A stretch of 64,000 bases of DNA from Thiorhodococcus fuscus (GTDB lineage: Bacteria; Pseudomonadota; Gammaproteobacteria; Chromatiales; Chromatiaceae): NCBI RefSeq assembly GCF_042682685.1, contig NZ_JBHUHX010000009.1, positions 55,805-119,804 on the forward strand. The letters are read 5' to 3'. The number at the start of each line of letters is the position of its first letter. Within the stretch, counting starts at the first letter, position 1. The notes under the pieces were generated by a model that did no database searches, was not told the origin of the DNA, and saw only the letters and a list, made by a program, of their open reading frames with translations. This document shows, in pieces, positions 9,596-18,827 of this stretch. A program made the translations under genes and the position numbers.

Positions 9596-11377
9596 ATGAA
9601 GCAAGACATCAAACATCTCATCGTCGCCGCGCTCCAGACCCTCGTCGACCAGGGTCAGCTCGATCTTCAAGAGTTGCCCGAGCCTCAGTTGGAACGCACC
9701 AAGGACGCCAGTCACGGCGATTTCGCCACCAATCTGGCGATGGTGCTCGCGAAGCTCGCCCGTACCAAGCCGCGCGATCTGGCGCAGCGACTGATCGAGG
9801 CATTGCCCGCCTCCCCGCTGATCGACAAGGTCGAAATCGCGGGCCCCGGATTCATCAACTTCTTCCTCGCCGAAGGCGCCTATCGCTCGGTCGTACCGCA
9901 GATCCTCACGACCGGACAGGCATACGGACTGAGCCAGGTCGGTGCCGGCAAGCGCGTGCAGGTGGAATTCGTCTCGGCCAATCCGACCGGTCCGCTGCAC
10001 GTCGGACACGGACGCGGCGCGGCCTACGGCGCGGTGGTGGCCGACCTGCTCGCTGCGGTCGGTTTCGACGTCCATCGCGAGTACTACGTCAACGACGCCG
10101 GCCGCCAGATGGATATCCTGGGCACCTCGGTCTGGTTGCGCTATCTGGAGCTGTGCGGCGAGGAGCTGCGCTTCCCGAGCAACGGCTACAAGGGCGACTA
10201 CGTCTGGGACATCGCCGCCACCCTGCACCGCGAGCACGGCGACGCCTACCGTGTGGACGCCGACCAGGTCTTCGCCGACCTCCCGGCCGACGCGCCGATC
10301 GACGGCGAACCGGAGAACGCGACCGGCGACAAGGAGGCCCATATCGACGGCCTCATCGCCGCTGCCAAGCGTCTGCTGGGCGACAACCGCTACCGCTATG
10401 TCTTCGAACTGGGGCTCAACACCATCCTCGACGACATCCGGGCCGACCTGTCGGAGTTCGGGGTCGACTATCAGGAATGGTATTCGGAGCGCTCGCTGAC
10501 CGAGAGCGGTGCGGTCAACCGGGCGATCGAGCGACTGCGCGCGAGCGATCACGTCTACGAACAGAATGGCGCGCTCTGGTTCCGCTCGACCGCGTTCGGC
10601 GACGAGAAGGACCGCGTGGTGGTGCGCGACAACGGCCAGACCACCTATTTCGCCTCCGACATCGCCTACCACATGGATAAGATGGAGCGTGGATTCGACC
10701 GCGTCATCGACATCTGGGGCGCCGACCATCACGGCTACATCCCGCGCGTGAAGGCCGCGCTGCAGGCGCTCGACAGCGACGCCGACCGGCTGGAGGTACT
10801 GCTGGTCCAGTTCGCCATCCTCTACCGTGGCGGCGAGAAGGCGCAGATGTCGACCCGCTCCGGCGAGTTCGTCACCCTGCGCGAGCTGCGCCAGGAGGTC
10901 GGACGCGACGCCGCTCGCTTCTTCTATGTGATGCGCCGCTGCGAGCAGCATCTGGACTTCGACCTCGACTTGGCCAAATCCGAGTCCTCGGACAACCCGG
11001 TCTATTACGTCCAGTACGCCCACGCGCGCGTCTGCAGCGTGCTGCGCCAGGCGGCCGAAAAGGGACTGGTGGTCGATCCGAGCCCAGGCACGACCAACCT
11101 GGAGCGACTGACCGAGGCGCACGAGGAGACCTTGCTGCGCACCCTCATCCGCTATCCGGAGGTCGTGGAGTCGGCCGCGCTCAAGGCCGAACCGCACCAG
11201 CTCACCCAGTATCTGCGCGAGTTGGCGAACGATTTCCACACCTATTACAACGCCCACCAGTTCCTGGTGGAAGACGGCGTCCTACGCGATGCCCGTATCA
11301 AGCTGATCCTGGCCGTGCGGCAGGTGTTGCGCAACGGCCTAGGGTTGATCGGCGTCTCGTCACCAGAGAGCATGTAA
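9596..11377 (+). CDS. argS: Arginine--tRNA ligase
   Basis: Class I HIGH motif [15 protein letters not shown] and the anticodon-binding C-terminal domain. Start taken at ATG 9596 (MKQDIKHL), internal to the ORF-track start. Confidence 0.9.
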   Translation: MKQDIKHLIVAALQTLVDQGQLDLQELPEPQLERTKDASHGDFATNLAMVLAKLARTKPRDLAQRLIEALPASPLIDKVEIAGPGFINFFLAEGAYRSVVPQILTTGQAYGLSQVGAGKRVQVEFVSANPTGPLHVGHGRGAAYGAVVADLLAAVGFDVHREYYVNDAGRQMDILGTSVWLRYLELCGEELRFPSNGYKGDYVWDIAATLHREHGDAYRVDADQVFADLPADAPIDGEPENATGDKEAHIDGLIAAAKRLLGDNRYRYVFELGLNTILDDIRADLSEFGVDYQEWYSERSLTESGAVNRAIERLRASDHVYEQNGALWFRSTAFGDEKDRVVVRDNGQTTYFASDIAYHMDKMERGFDRVIDIWGADHHGYIPRVKAALQALDSDADRLEVLLVQFAILYRGGEKAQMSTRSGEFVTLRELRQEVGRDAARFFYVMRRCEQHLDFDLDLAKSESSDNPVYYVQYAHARVCSVLRQAAEKGLVVDPSPGTTNLERLTEAHEETLLRTLIRYPEVVESAALKAEPHQLTQYLRELANDFHTYYNAHQFLVEDGVLRDARIKLILAVRQVLRNGLGLIGVSSPESM

Positions 11378-11380
11378 CCT

Positions 11381-12010
11381 ATGCCCAGGGATTACCGGCA
11401 GAGCACTCCGATTCGAACGAGCCAGAAGCGCAAGCAAAACCGTTCCTGCGTCTGGTGGTTCCTGATGGGCACCGCGCTCGGTGTCCTGGCCACCAACATC
11501 CTGAGCTCGCGGCACAGCGACACCAGCGGCTCCCCCGAAACGGCCGCCAAGCCGGCGGCCGAGACGGAGAAGCCGCACGTCGCGCCGAACTTCAGGTTCC
11601 AGGAGATCCTGTCCGATACTCAGGTCGACATCGGCGACAACACACCACCTCCGCCACCCGCGCCACGCCCACAGCCGCGAGCGGAACCGGAGAAACCCGT
11701 CGAAAAGCCTGCGGCCAAGCCGCAAATGGCGGCCCCCACCCCCACACCGCCAGCCGAAACGGTGACACCACGCAGCGGAACCTATGTGGTCCAGATCGGT
11801 TCGTTCGGACGCCAGGCCGATGCCGAGCGACTCAAGGCCGAACTGGCGCTGCTGGGCATCTCCACCAACATCCAGACGGCGACCCTGTCGACAGGCCGGG
11901 TCACGCACCGCGTGCGCACCGGCGCCTACGCCAGCAAACAGGAAACCGAGAAGATCCGCGCCATCCTGAGAAAGCACGGCAAGGACAGCATGGTGTTCCC
12001 GATCAAATAG
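11381..12010 (+). CDS. SPOR-domain cell division/septal peptidoglycan-binding protein
   Basis: 209 aa. N-terminal TM segment, Pro/Ala-rich linker, C-terminal SPOR domain (YVVQIGSFGRQADAERLKAELALLGI...HRVRTGAY). Confidence 0.7.
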   Translation: MPRDYRQSTPIRTSQKRKQNRSCVWWFLMGTALGVLATNILSSRHSDTSGSPETAAKPAAETEKPHVAPNFRFQEILSDTQVDIGDNTPPPPPAPRPQPRAEPEKPVEKPAAKPQMAAPTPTPPAETVTPRSGTYVVQIGSFGRQADAERLKAELALLGISTNIQTATLSTGRVTHRVRTGAYASKQETEKIRAILRKHGKDSMVFPIK

Positions 12011-12059
12011 GGCACGCCGGACGGACGGGGCATCGCGCCGCGTCCGCGAAAAACCTGAT

Positions 12060-12095
12060 GGCCCAGCACAGCGGCTGGGCCATTCGTATTTTTGC
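12060..12095 (+). terminator. Putative rho-independent terminator downstream of the SPOR gene
   Basis: 8-bp GC stem ggcccagc/gctgggcc with a 6-nt loop, followed by cattcgtattttt. Confidence 0.4.
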
Positions 12096-12216
12096 GAACG
12101 ATTCATGGAGGAACCGACCGAAACGAAGCACGACGCGTCGCGACCGCATGATGCGCCGGAACAGGCCACTCGACTCGGCGGGTAATGACGAAGGACAGAC
12201 GAGAGGAGCAGACAGC

Positions 12217-13158
12217 ATGCTGTATCAACATACCATCGGAATCATTGGTGCCGGACAGGTGGGAATGGCGGCGGCCAACGCCCTCTTTCAGCAGCGCATC
12301 GCCAACGAGCTGATCCTCGTCGACCTGGATCGGAACCGGGCCGAGGGAGAGGCGATGGATCTGATGCACGCCCAGGGCTATGTCGGTCGGCGCCGGGTAC
12401 GAGCAGGAGATTACGCCGATCTGGCCCAGGCCCAGATCGTGATCGTCACGGCCGGCGTCGGACAACGGCCCGGCGAGGACCGACTCTCGCTGCTCAACCG
12501 CAACGCGGCGGTCTTCCGCCAGATCGCCGAACAGCTCGACCGTCACGCCCCCGAGGCCATCCTGATCATCGCCTCCAACCCGGTGGACGTGCTCACCTAT
12601 GTGATGCAGACGCTCTCCAAGCGCCCTCACGAACAGGTCATCGGCACAGGAACCATGCTCGACACCACCCGGTTGCGCACCCTATTGGCCGAGCACTACA
12701 TGGTGGATCCGCGCTCGGTCCATGCCCTCATCCTAGGCGAGCACGGGGATTCCGAGATCGCCGTCTGGAGCCATGCCAACATCGGCGGCACGCCGATCTG
12801 CGGCAACAGCATCCTCGGCAAGCCCTACGATCCGGCCCAGATGGACCAAATCCTGACCCAGGTGCGCCGCGCGGCCGAGGAAATCATCGCGCGCAAGGGC
12901 TACACCAACTGGGCCATCGGGCTGGTGCTCGCCCATCTGGTACGCACCATCCAGGAAGACCAGAACAGCGTGCTCCCCATCAGCGTACGGCTTGCCGGCG
13001 AATATGGTATCGAGGACGTCTGCCTGAGCATCCCGGTCGCCGTCGGACTCCGAGGCGCCGGGGGACGGGTCCCCATTCCGCTGAACGACACGGAGCGGCA
13101 AGCACTGACTGCATCGGCCGAGACCTTGAAACGCTGCCTGCACTCGCTCGATCTCTGA
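12217..13158 (+). CDS. L-lactate/malate dehydrogenase family (LDH-like) NAD-dependent dehydrogenase
   Basis: 313 aa. Rossmann motif IGIIGAGQVG and LDH/MDH catalytic-loop region ILGEHGDSE. Start at ATG 12217, embedded in a longer spurious ORF. Confidence 0.8.
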   Translation: MLYQHTIGIIGAGQVGMAAANALFQQRIANELILVDLDRNRAEGEAMDLMHAQGYVGRRRVRAGDYADLAQAQIVIVTAGVGQRPGEDRLSLLNRNAAVFRQIAEQLDRHAPEAILIIASNPVDVLTYVMQTLSKRPHEQVIGTGTMLDTTRLRTLLAEHYMVDPRSVHALILGEHGDSEIAVWSHANIGGTPICGNSILGKPYDPAQMDQILTQVRRAAEEIIARKGYTNWAIGLVLAHLVRTIQEDQNSVLPISVRLAGEYGIEDVCLSIPVAVGLRGAGGRVPIPLNDTERQALTASAETLKRCLHSLDL

Positions 13159-13201
13159 GCGCATACCGGAGCGCCTCCCCATCCGTCCAGCGGTTGAGGA
13201 C

Positions 13202-13240
13202 CTACCCCTTCACCGTCAAGACCTGCTTCCTTATGTGCAT
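13202..13240 (-). other. rtcB: Detached 3'-terminal fragment of rtcB (..MHIRKQVLTVKG*), split from the gene body by the inserted element
   Basis: The minus-strand translation ends RKQVLTVKG-stop. This is the canonical RtcB C-terminus that is missing from the rtcB body at 29.8 kb. Confidence 0.55.
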
Positions 13241-13281
13241 AATGGACCCCACTTCATCCAGCAATCCAAGTGGTGTCCTAA

Positions 13282-14832
13282 GTGCCGACCAAGACAGCAA
13301 GCGGCAGCCCTAAAGCCTTCTCATACCTTCGCTTCTCCACTCCTGAACAAGAGCGCGGCGACTCCTTCCGCCGTCAGACATCCCTAGCCCAAGCCTGGTG
13401 CATCCGTCGCGGGATCGACTTAGACGAGTCCAGCTACCAGGACTTGGGTGTCTCTGCCTACAGAGGAGCCAATGCCGAGACAGGCAAGCTCGGAGAGTTC
13501 ATGGACGCAGTGAAGGAGGGACTGATCCCTCGGGGGTCTTATCTGCTGATCGAGTCCTTGGACCGTCTGTCGCGCATGACTCCACGGCGAGCCCTTCGAG
13601 TGCTTACCGACATCTGCGATGAGGGAATCGTCGTGGTCACACTGTCAGACAACAGGGAATACACCTCAGAGACACTGGATGCTGATCCTCTGTCGTTCAT
13701 GGTGGCATTCCTGGTGACCATGAGAGCCAACGAGGAGTCGGCAGCCAAGGCTAGAAGGATCAAGGCCGTATGGGACAACAAGCGCAAGCAGGCACTGGAG
13801 CAAGGTAAGGCGCTGACCAGTGTGACGCCTGGATGGCTGCAGTTGGTAGATGGTCAGTACCGGCTGATCCCTGAGAGAGCGGCTGTGGTCAAGCAGATCT
13901 TCGCCTGGCTGGCTGAAGGCAGAGGCTTGGATCAGATCGTCAGGATGCTGAACACCCAAGAAATCCCCACCTTCGGGAAGTCCGAATACTGGAGCAAGGG
14001 TTACATCGCCAAGCTGAGAGACAACCCGGCAGTGGTTGGAACGCTGATCCCTCACGTTACGAGCTATGACAAAGGCAAACGGATCAGGACGCCTCAAGAT
14101 CCTGTCCCTGGCTATTTCCCGGCAGCCGTAGACCAAGACACCTTCAACACAGTGGCAGCAAGAGCGGCGACCAGACAGCCGAAGGTCAACCACGGAAGGT
14201 CTGTCTCATTCCTTCTGGCCAGCTTGGCGAAGTGTCCCGTCTGTGGTTCGAGCATGACACGGACCCAGAAAGGCAAAGGCATGGGACCAGGAGACTCAAG
14301 GCTTGTATGCACCAAGGGCAAGGCCGGCGCTGGGTGTTCTTATCGGTCTGTGGTGGTCCAGCGAACCGAAGATGCCTTGAGACAGCATGCTTCCTTCATC
14401 GTTGGGACTGCTCCATCAGGAGATGCCTTGGTCGATTCCGAGCTGACGGACGTTGAAGTCAAACTCACTGGTATCGAAGAAGTCATGGGCCACATCATGG
14501 AGGCAATCGAGCATGGAGGAGGCAGGGAAAGTGGATCGATGCCGCTGCTGTCCAGCAGGCTGGCAGCCTTGGAGGAGGAAAGAAGGGCATTGGAGCAGAC
14601 GAGACGAGAGCTGATGGAGAAGCTCTCGACAATGGACAGCACCATGGTCGACAAGAGACTTGCACGACTGGAGGATGTCTTGCTGTCTGGAGACATCCAC
14701 GCAGGCAACACTCTACTGAGAGAGCTGTTCACGAGTGTGGTGGTCGACTATGAGCGCGGGGAACTGAGGCTGCAGTGGATACATGGAGGAGAGACTTGCA
14801 TCCCCTACGCAATGCCGCTAAAGAGCGCATAG
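13282..14832 (+). CDS. Large serine recombinase (resolvase-type catalytic domain + recombinase domain + zinc ribbon)
   Basis: 516 aa. N-terminal YLRFSTPEQ..GDSFRRQ catalytic region, then LIESLDRLSR, and a later CPVCGS..C zinc ribbon. GTG start. An 11-bp imperfect inverted repeat (ggaccccactt/aagtggtgtcc) lies at 13244-13278, just upstream. Confidence 0.85.
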   Translation: MPTKTASGSPKAFSYLRFSTPEQERGDSFRRQTSLAQAWCIRRGIDLDESSYQDLGVSAYRGANAETGKLGEFMDAVKEGLIPRGSYLLIESLDRLSRMTPRRALRVLTDICDEGIVVVTLSDNREYTSETLDADPLSFMVAFLVTMRANEESAAKARRIKAVWDNKRKQALEQGKALTSVTPGWLQLVDGQYRLIPERAAVVKQIFAWLAEGRGLDQIVRMLNTQEIPTFGKSEYWSKGYIAKLRDNPAVVGTLIPHVTSYDKGKRIRTPQDPVPGYFPAAVDQDTFNTVAARAATRQPKVNHGRSVSFLLASLAKCPVCGSSMTRTQKGKGMGPGDSRLVCTKGKAGAGCSYRSVVVQRTEDALRQHASFIVGTAPSGDALVDSELTDVEVKLTGIEEVMGHIMEAIEHGGGRESGSMPLLSSRLAALEEERRALEQTRRELMEKLSTMDSTMVDKRLARLEDVLLSGDIHAGNTLLRELFTSVVVDYERGELRLQWIHGGETCIPYAMPLKSA

Positions 14833-14939
14833 GAAACCCTCAAAACGATCCTAGGCAAGACTGGTAGGCAGGCATCGCTGGTAGGCAGGCATCGTGCGAG
14901 GCATGCTCGCCCCAGTGAGGCTTAGGCGGCGTCTGAGAT

Positions 14940-15300
14940 GGCAGACAATTACTGCCACCCAGTAGAGGGAGGGAGCCGCCCGCTTCCCCTAGGTGATCCA
15001 GTCTCCAGAACACCCCGACCGACATCTACGCGAGAACCTCTGTAAGCCCTTGTTATGAAAGGCTCTCGCAAAAACCGGGTGATTAACACTCCCTAATAGA
15101 CCAGAGAAGCCGTCCGCTTCACCCAGGCGAGCCGCCCCCAGAACGCTCCAACCGACGCCCGCCTAGCCACGCTTGCAAGATTCTGTTCTAAAAATACTTT
15201 TCTTGAAACGGGTGATTAGGGCGGCCCTGTAGAGTAGAGAGCCGTCCTCTTCACTCAGGCGATCCAGCCTTCCAGCCATCCACCACGATGCCTCGTCCCT
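14940..15300. repeat. Three tandem degenerate ~110-120 bp direct repeats
   Basis: The unit ..cgggtgatta..tagag(g/t)agagagccg(c/t)ccgcttcac(c/t)caggcga(t/g)cc..cagaac..ccgac recurs three times between the integrase and the next gene. Confidence 0.5.
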
Positions 15301-15346
15301 GACGGACAACCATCACAGCCAACAACCTCAAGGAGGAGCCGACCCC

Positions 15347-15583
15347 ATGTCCACCCGCCGCCATGTGCAGGTCTCTCGGCACATCGAGCTGAGGACCGAG
15401 CTGGCATTCCTGCGTCTCCGCTTCTGCAAGCCCGTCTCGAAACTGGAGCTGTCCAGGATGACGGACGTTGAGCCTCAGACCATCCGCCGGATCGTGCGAA
15501 CGATGGAAGCCATCGAACAGGCTGGACAAGAACTGCCCGAGACCTGGAAGGACGCGAAAGCGTTGGCCAAGGTGCTCGGCTGA
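15347..15583 (+). CDS. Small HTH DNA-binding protein (possible excisionase/regulator)
   Basis: 78 aa. SKLELSRMTDVEPQTIRRIV looks like a helix-turn-helix. First gene after the recombinase. Confidence 0.4.
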   Translation: MSTRRHVQVSRHIELRTELAFLRLRFCKPVSKLELSRMTDVEPQTIRRIVRTMEAIEQAGQELPETWKDAKALAKVLG

Positions 15584-16276
15584 GAACGACGACACATCAC
15601 CCCGATAGGTCAGCCCAGGACGCTCTTGGTAGAGATTGAGAGTACCCGAGGCTGACTTGCCATTCAGCTGCTAATTCCCAATGCAGAAATTTGTGCATTG
15701 GAGACTGCCGGCAAGCGGGGCGGCAAACCCCGTAAGGATTACACCCTCAGCCGCAACCAGCAATCCAACAGGTTTTTCGCAGCTCAGAGAAAAACCCCTA
15801 GAGCGCACAGGCAAGGATGGTCGACTGGCTCAAGCTGGAGTCAGCCAAGGAATACCTGGCAGCCATGCGTCGTGCGCTCAAATGTGAGAAATCCTCACTT
15901 TTGACAACCACTCGGGGCAACGCTGGCCAGGGTCTCTTTTTGCTGGCTCGGCTAATGTCTATCGCCGATGTCGGTCCTTGGTTCCGATCACTCGGGACGC
16001 TTGTGCTACAGGCTCTTGAAGCTATCACCCTCTCAGCGGTGCCGTCCTTTCCCGGTCTAGCGACTCCTCGCACCTGCACTGCAGGAATGATCCATCCGGC
16101 AACACGCCAACTCTGATCATTCGATCAACAGCTCACACCAGGGCTACTCAGTCACACCAATCCATTCAGGTCAGCATCTACAGGCTTGCCAGCTAGCTTC
16201 CTTTTGTTCAGGGGAGTTGGTGGGCTAGCTGGATGGTGCTTGCCTGTGGGTGCTCACCTGAAAAGGAAACTGAACA

Positions 16277-17176
16277 ATGTCTATCACTGACAACATCAAC
16301 GAATACGAAGTCAAGAAGAACCGTAAGCGCCGCCGTGGTCCCAGCGATGGGAGAAGCCTCAAGGGAACCCACGACACAGCCACCGAGAAGCAGTACATGA
16401 TCGCAGGGTTCAGCGAGGAGTCGGCTAAGCGGATGATCAAACACCGTCACCGCTTCCCCTTCGAGCTGGACGGCACACAGCCAACGTATGACGCACGGAC
16501 GGTGTGGAGCTGGATCGGGAAGCCGCAAGGCAAATTTGCCAACTGGGTGAAGCGGGATCTCATGCCGACAACCAGTCACCTGATGTTTCAGTCACAGATT
16601 AGTGACCGAATCCTGACCCCCACAGGCAAACGAGGTGGGCAGCAGATTGACTACCTTCTGAGCCGCGATGTCGTGATGGATCTAGGCCAGCAAGCTAGAA
16701 CGCCTGAAGGGCAGGAGATCCGAGCCTACTTCCGTGACATGGAGAAGGCGGTCTACATCATGGGCTCGTTCCATCAATACCGAGTCTCTGACCTAGTGGA
16801 GCTGGACAAGACCCTGAAGCATTGGACACGCAAGACCTTCGGTTCTGCCGGTGCTAGCTGGGATGAGACGATCTTCAGTCTCGTTGCCCGTGCTGTCTCC
16901 GGCTATTCCGCTGGAGTGTGGAAGACTACATTCAATCGTCCAATCCGTGATGTCCTGAACATGAAAGACCTTGAGCGGTATGGGCGGTGCTTGGAGATGA
17001 TGATCACGCTATTGGATGCAGGGATCACCAACACCGACACGCTGTACGTCAAGGCTTCAGGCCGCTTCGGTGGAGATGTCGAGATTGGAGACTACATCAC
17101 TACAGTCGAGCAGACTGAACGCTTCCATCAAGCAACAGCCAAGAAGAAGGTCAAGGCACTGAAGGAGGTGGCGTGA
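16277..17176 (+). CDS. Phage antirepressor-like protein (ORF6N/ORF6C- or AntA-like)
   Basis: 299 aa. The central GQEIRAYFRDMEK resembles the KilA-C/ORF6C motif. Basic N-terminus. Confidence 0.4.
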   Translation: MSITDNINEYEVKKNRKRRRGPSDGRSLKGTHDTATEKQYMIAGFSEESAKRMIKHRHRFPFELDGTQPTYDARTVWSWIGKPQGKFANWVKRDLMPTTSHLMFQSQISDRILTPTGKRGGQQIDYLLSRDVVMDLGQQARTPEGQEIRAYFRDMEKAVYIMGSFHQYRVSDLVELDKTLKHWTRKTFGSAGASWDETIFSLVARAVSGYSAGVWKTTFNRPIRDVLNMKDLERYGRCLEMMITLLDAGITNTDTLYVKASGRFGGDVEIGDYITTVEQTERFHQATAKKKVKALKEVA

Positions 17177-17201
17177 CCATGACCCCCTGATAGAGGGGAC
17201 C

Positions 17202-17651
17202 ATGACGAGGGAGCGCTCTACAGACCATGAGCCCCCGGATAGGGAGACCATGGAGGCTGCCCTGGCTCCCGTCAGCCATGACCCCCCAGTCGAGGGGACC
17301 ATGGAACAACCGATCTCCGTCCCATCCGTCGAGGCACTGAGGCTCAATGCCCGTGGAACCAAGCGGTCCCTGGTCGACGCCTTTACCTGCCTGTTGAACC
17401 AGGGCATCTCCTTTCCCGAACACCTGGAGCCGTGGCACTGGGTCGAGGCTCTGGCTCCCAGGCTGAAGACCATGGCCAAGGAGCGCGGACTTCCATCCGC
17501 CCTGGAGCTGGCAAGCTTCTCGACACGCCATCGCAGCGCCTTTGCCGTCGACGAGATCGCCAGGGATTACCTGATCGACCTGAAGTCCTGGGCCAGACAC
17601 CCCAAGCGACACCATCCCCACCAACCACTGCAGGCCGTCCCTGCGTCCTGA
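17202..17651 (+). CDS. Hypothetical protein
   Basis: 149 aa ORF in the same orientation as the element's operon. No recognisable motif. Confidence 0.3.
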   Translation: MTRERSTDHEPPDRETMEAALAPVSHDPPVEGTMEQPISVPSVEALRLNARGTKRSLVDAFTCLLNQGISFPEHLEPWHWVEALAPRLKTMAKERGLPSALELASFSTRHRSAFAVDEIARDYLIDLKSWARHPKRHHPHQPLQAVPAS

Positions 17652-17665
17652 AGAGACAGAAACCC

Positions 17666-17860
17666 ATGAACGATCCAACCCATTCACCCGTCAACGGGAC
17701 CGACACACCACTCGGCTTGCCCGAGAGCTGCCCGTGGGCGGACCAGATCCTCCTCATGCTCGGTCGAATCGAAGGCAAGCTCGACGCCTTTCAGCGCCAC
17801 ATGGCCGTCATGGACCGGAAGCTGGAGAGCGTCTCGACTCAGCGCCAGCAGAAGCACTGA
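17666..17860 (+). CDS. Hypothetical small protein
   Basis: 64 aa. ATG at 17666. Confidence 0.25.
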   Translation: MNDPTHSPVNGTDTPLGLPESCPWADQILLMLGRIEGKLDAFQRHMAVMDRKLESVSTQRQQKH

Positions 17861-18001
17861 GAATGCCTCAGAGCCTCGCTGTACGTCGATCTCAGGGTCT
17901 CTTGTCCTTTCGGTATGACTCACATCACCGAGAGCGGCGGGAGGCTCAGAGAGCCGCACAGAGGGACTTAGGCAGAGACCCAGCAGAACAGGATAAACAC
18001 A

Positions 18002-18262
18002 GTGATCGAATCGACACCATACAAAGCATGTGCCACTGAGACCGGCGAGATGTCATTAGGCGGCATCCGAGTTGTCGTACCAGTGGCTGACCGATTAACG
18101 GACCCAGAGTACATCGTATTTCTTGAGACCCTCACCGTCGTGAGTGACGGACGGAAGATGGTGCGTCAAGTCCGTGAGACTGAGTACGGCGCACAGAATA
18201 TATTCATCGACGCAATGAACACGCTCGTACTGACATACCCAGAAGACGTGGTGACAGTATGA
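18002..18262 (+). CDS. Hypothetical protein
   Basis: 86 aa. Its stop overlaps the next gene's start (ATGA coupling). Confidence 0.3.
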   Translation: MIESTPYKACATETGEMSLGGIRVVVPVADRLTDPEYIVFLETLTVVSDGRKMVRQVRETEYGAQNIFIDAMNTLVLTYPEDVVTV

Positions 18263-18666
18263 GCAGGCAAGTCCACAGGATCGAACATCAAACCATCAGA
18301 GAGCTGGTAAGCGACGCTACAGAGTATAAGCGCCTGCTCAAGGTGTACCGTGCCTTCCGTGCGAAGAAACCAGAAATGCTGGAGACATGGCCCGCTCTAG
18401 TGGATTCGGTCGCCATGACTGTTCAGAGCGAAAAGCTGACAACGGAAGCAGTGGAGAAGTACATACACCACCTATGGCAAGGTGGACGTGCGCCTATCCT
18501 TCCTCACCTGGCCAAGGTATACGGGCTGAAGCGCGGCCAAGCCACACGCCTTGACAGCCTCAGATTCCATGTGGATCTGATGAAGCTGGAAAAGTGGACT
18601 GTCGACTACGAGAAGCTGCTCGAATACGACAGAGCCCTAGAGTACGTCCTGCCCGAATATGAGTAA
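18259..18666 (+). CDS. Hypothetical protein
   Basis: 135 aa. Translationally coupled to the preceding ORF. Confidence 0.35.
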   Translation: MSRQVHRIEHQTIRELVSDATEYKRLLKVYRAFRAKKPEMLETWPALVDSVAMTVQSEKLTTEAVEKYIHHLWQGGRAPILPHLAKVYGLKRGQATRLDSLRFHVDLMKLEKWTVDYEKLLEYDRALEYVLPEYE

Positions 18667-18827
18667 CACTGCCTGACCCCACAGGCCGCACTGCGCGGAT
18701 CCCCTCCGCGACCTCTGAATACTGTGCGTAATCAGCACAGAAACCCAATCGACACAACCCTTTCTCGTTGAGTCCTTCCGCATTGCCACAGGCACTGGCT
18801 TTCTCTTGAGCCGGTTGTGGGTGCTAT

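Noticed and set aside
13159-13281. Looked for a tRNA or tmRNA integration target next to the serine recombinase
   Set aside because: No cloverleaf or GGTTCGAATCC box. The target is instead the 3' end of rtcB.
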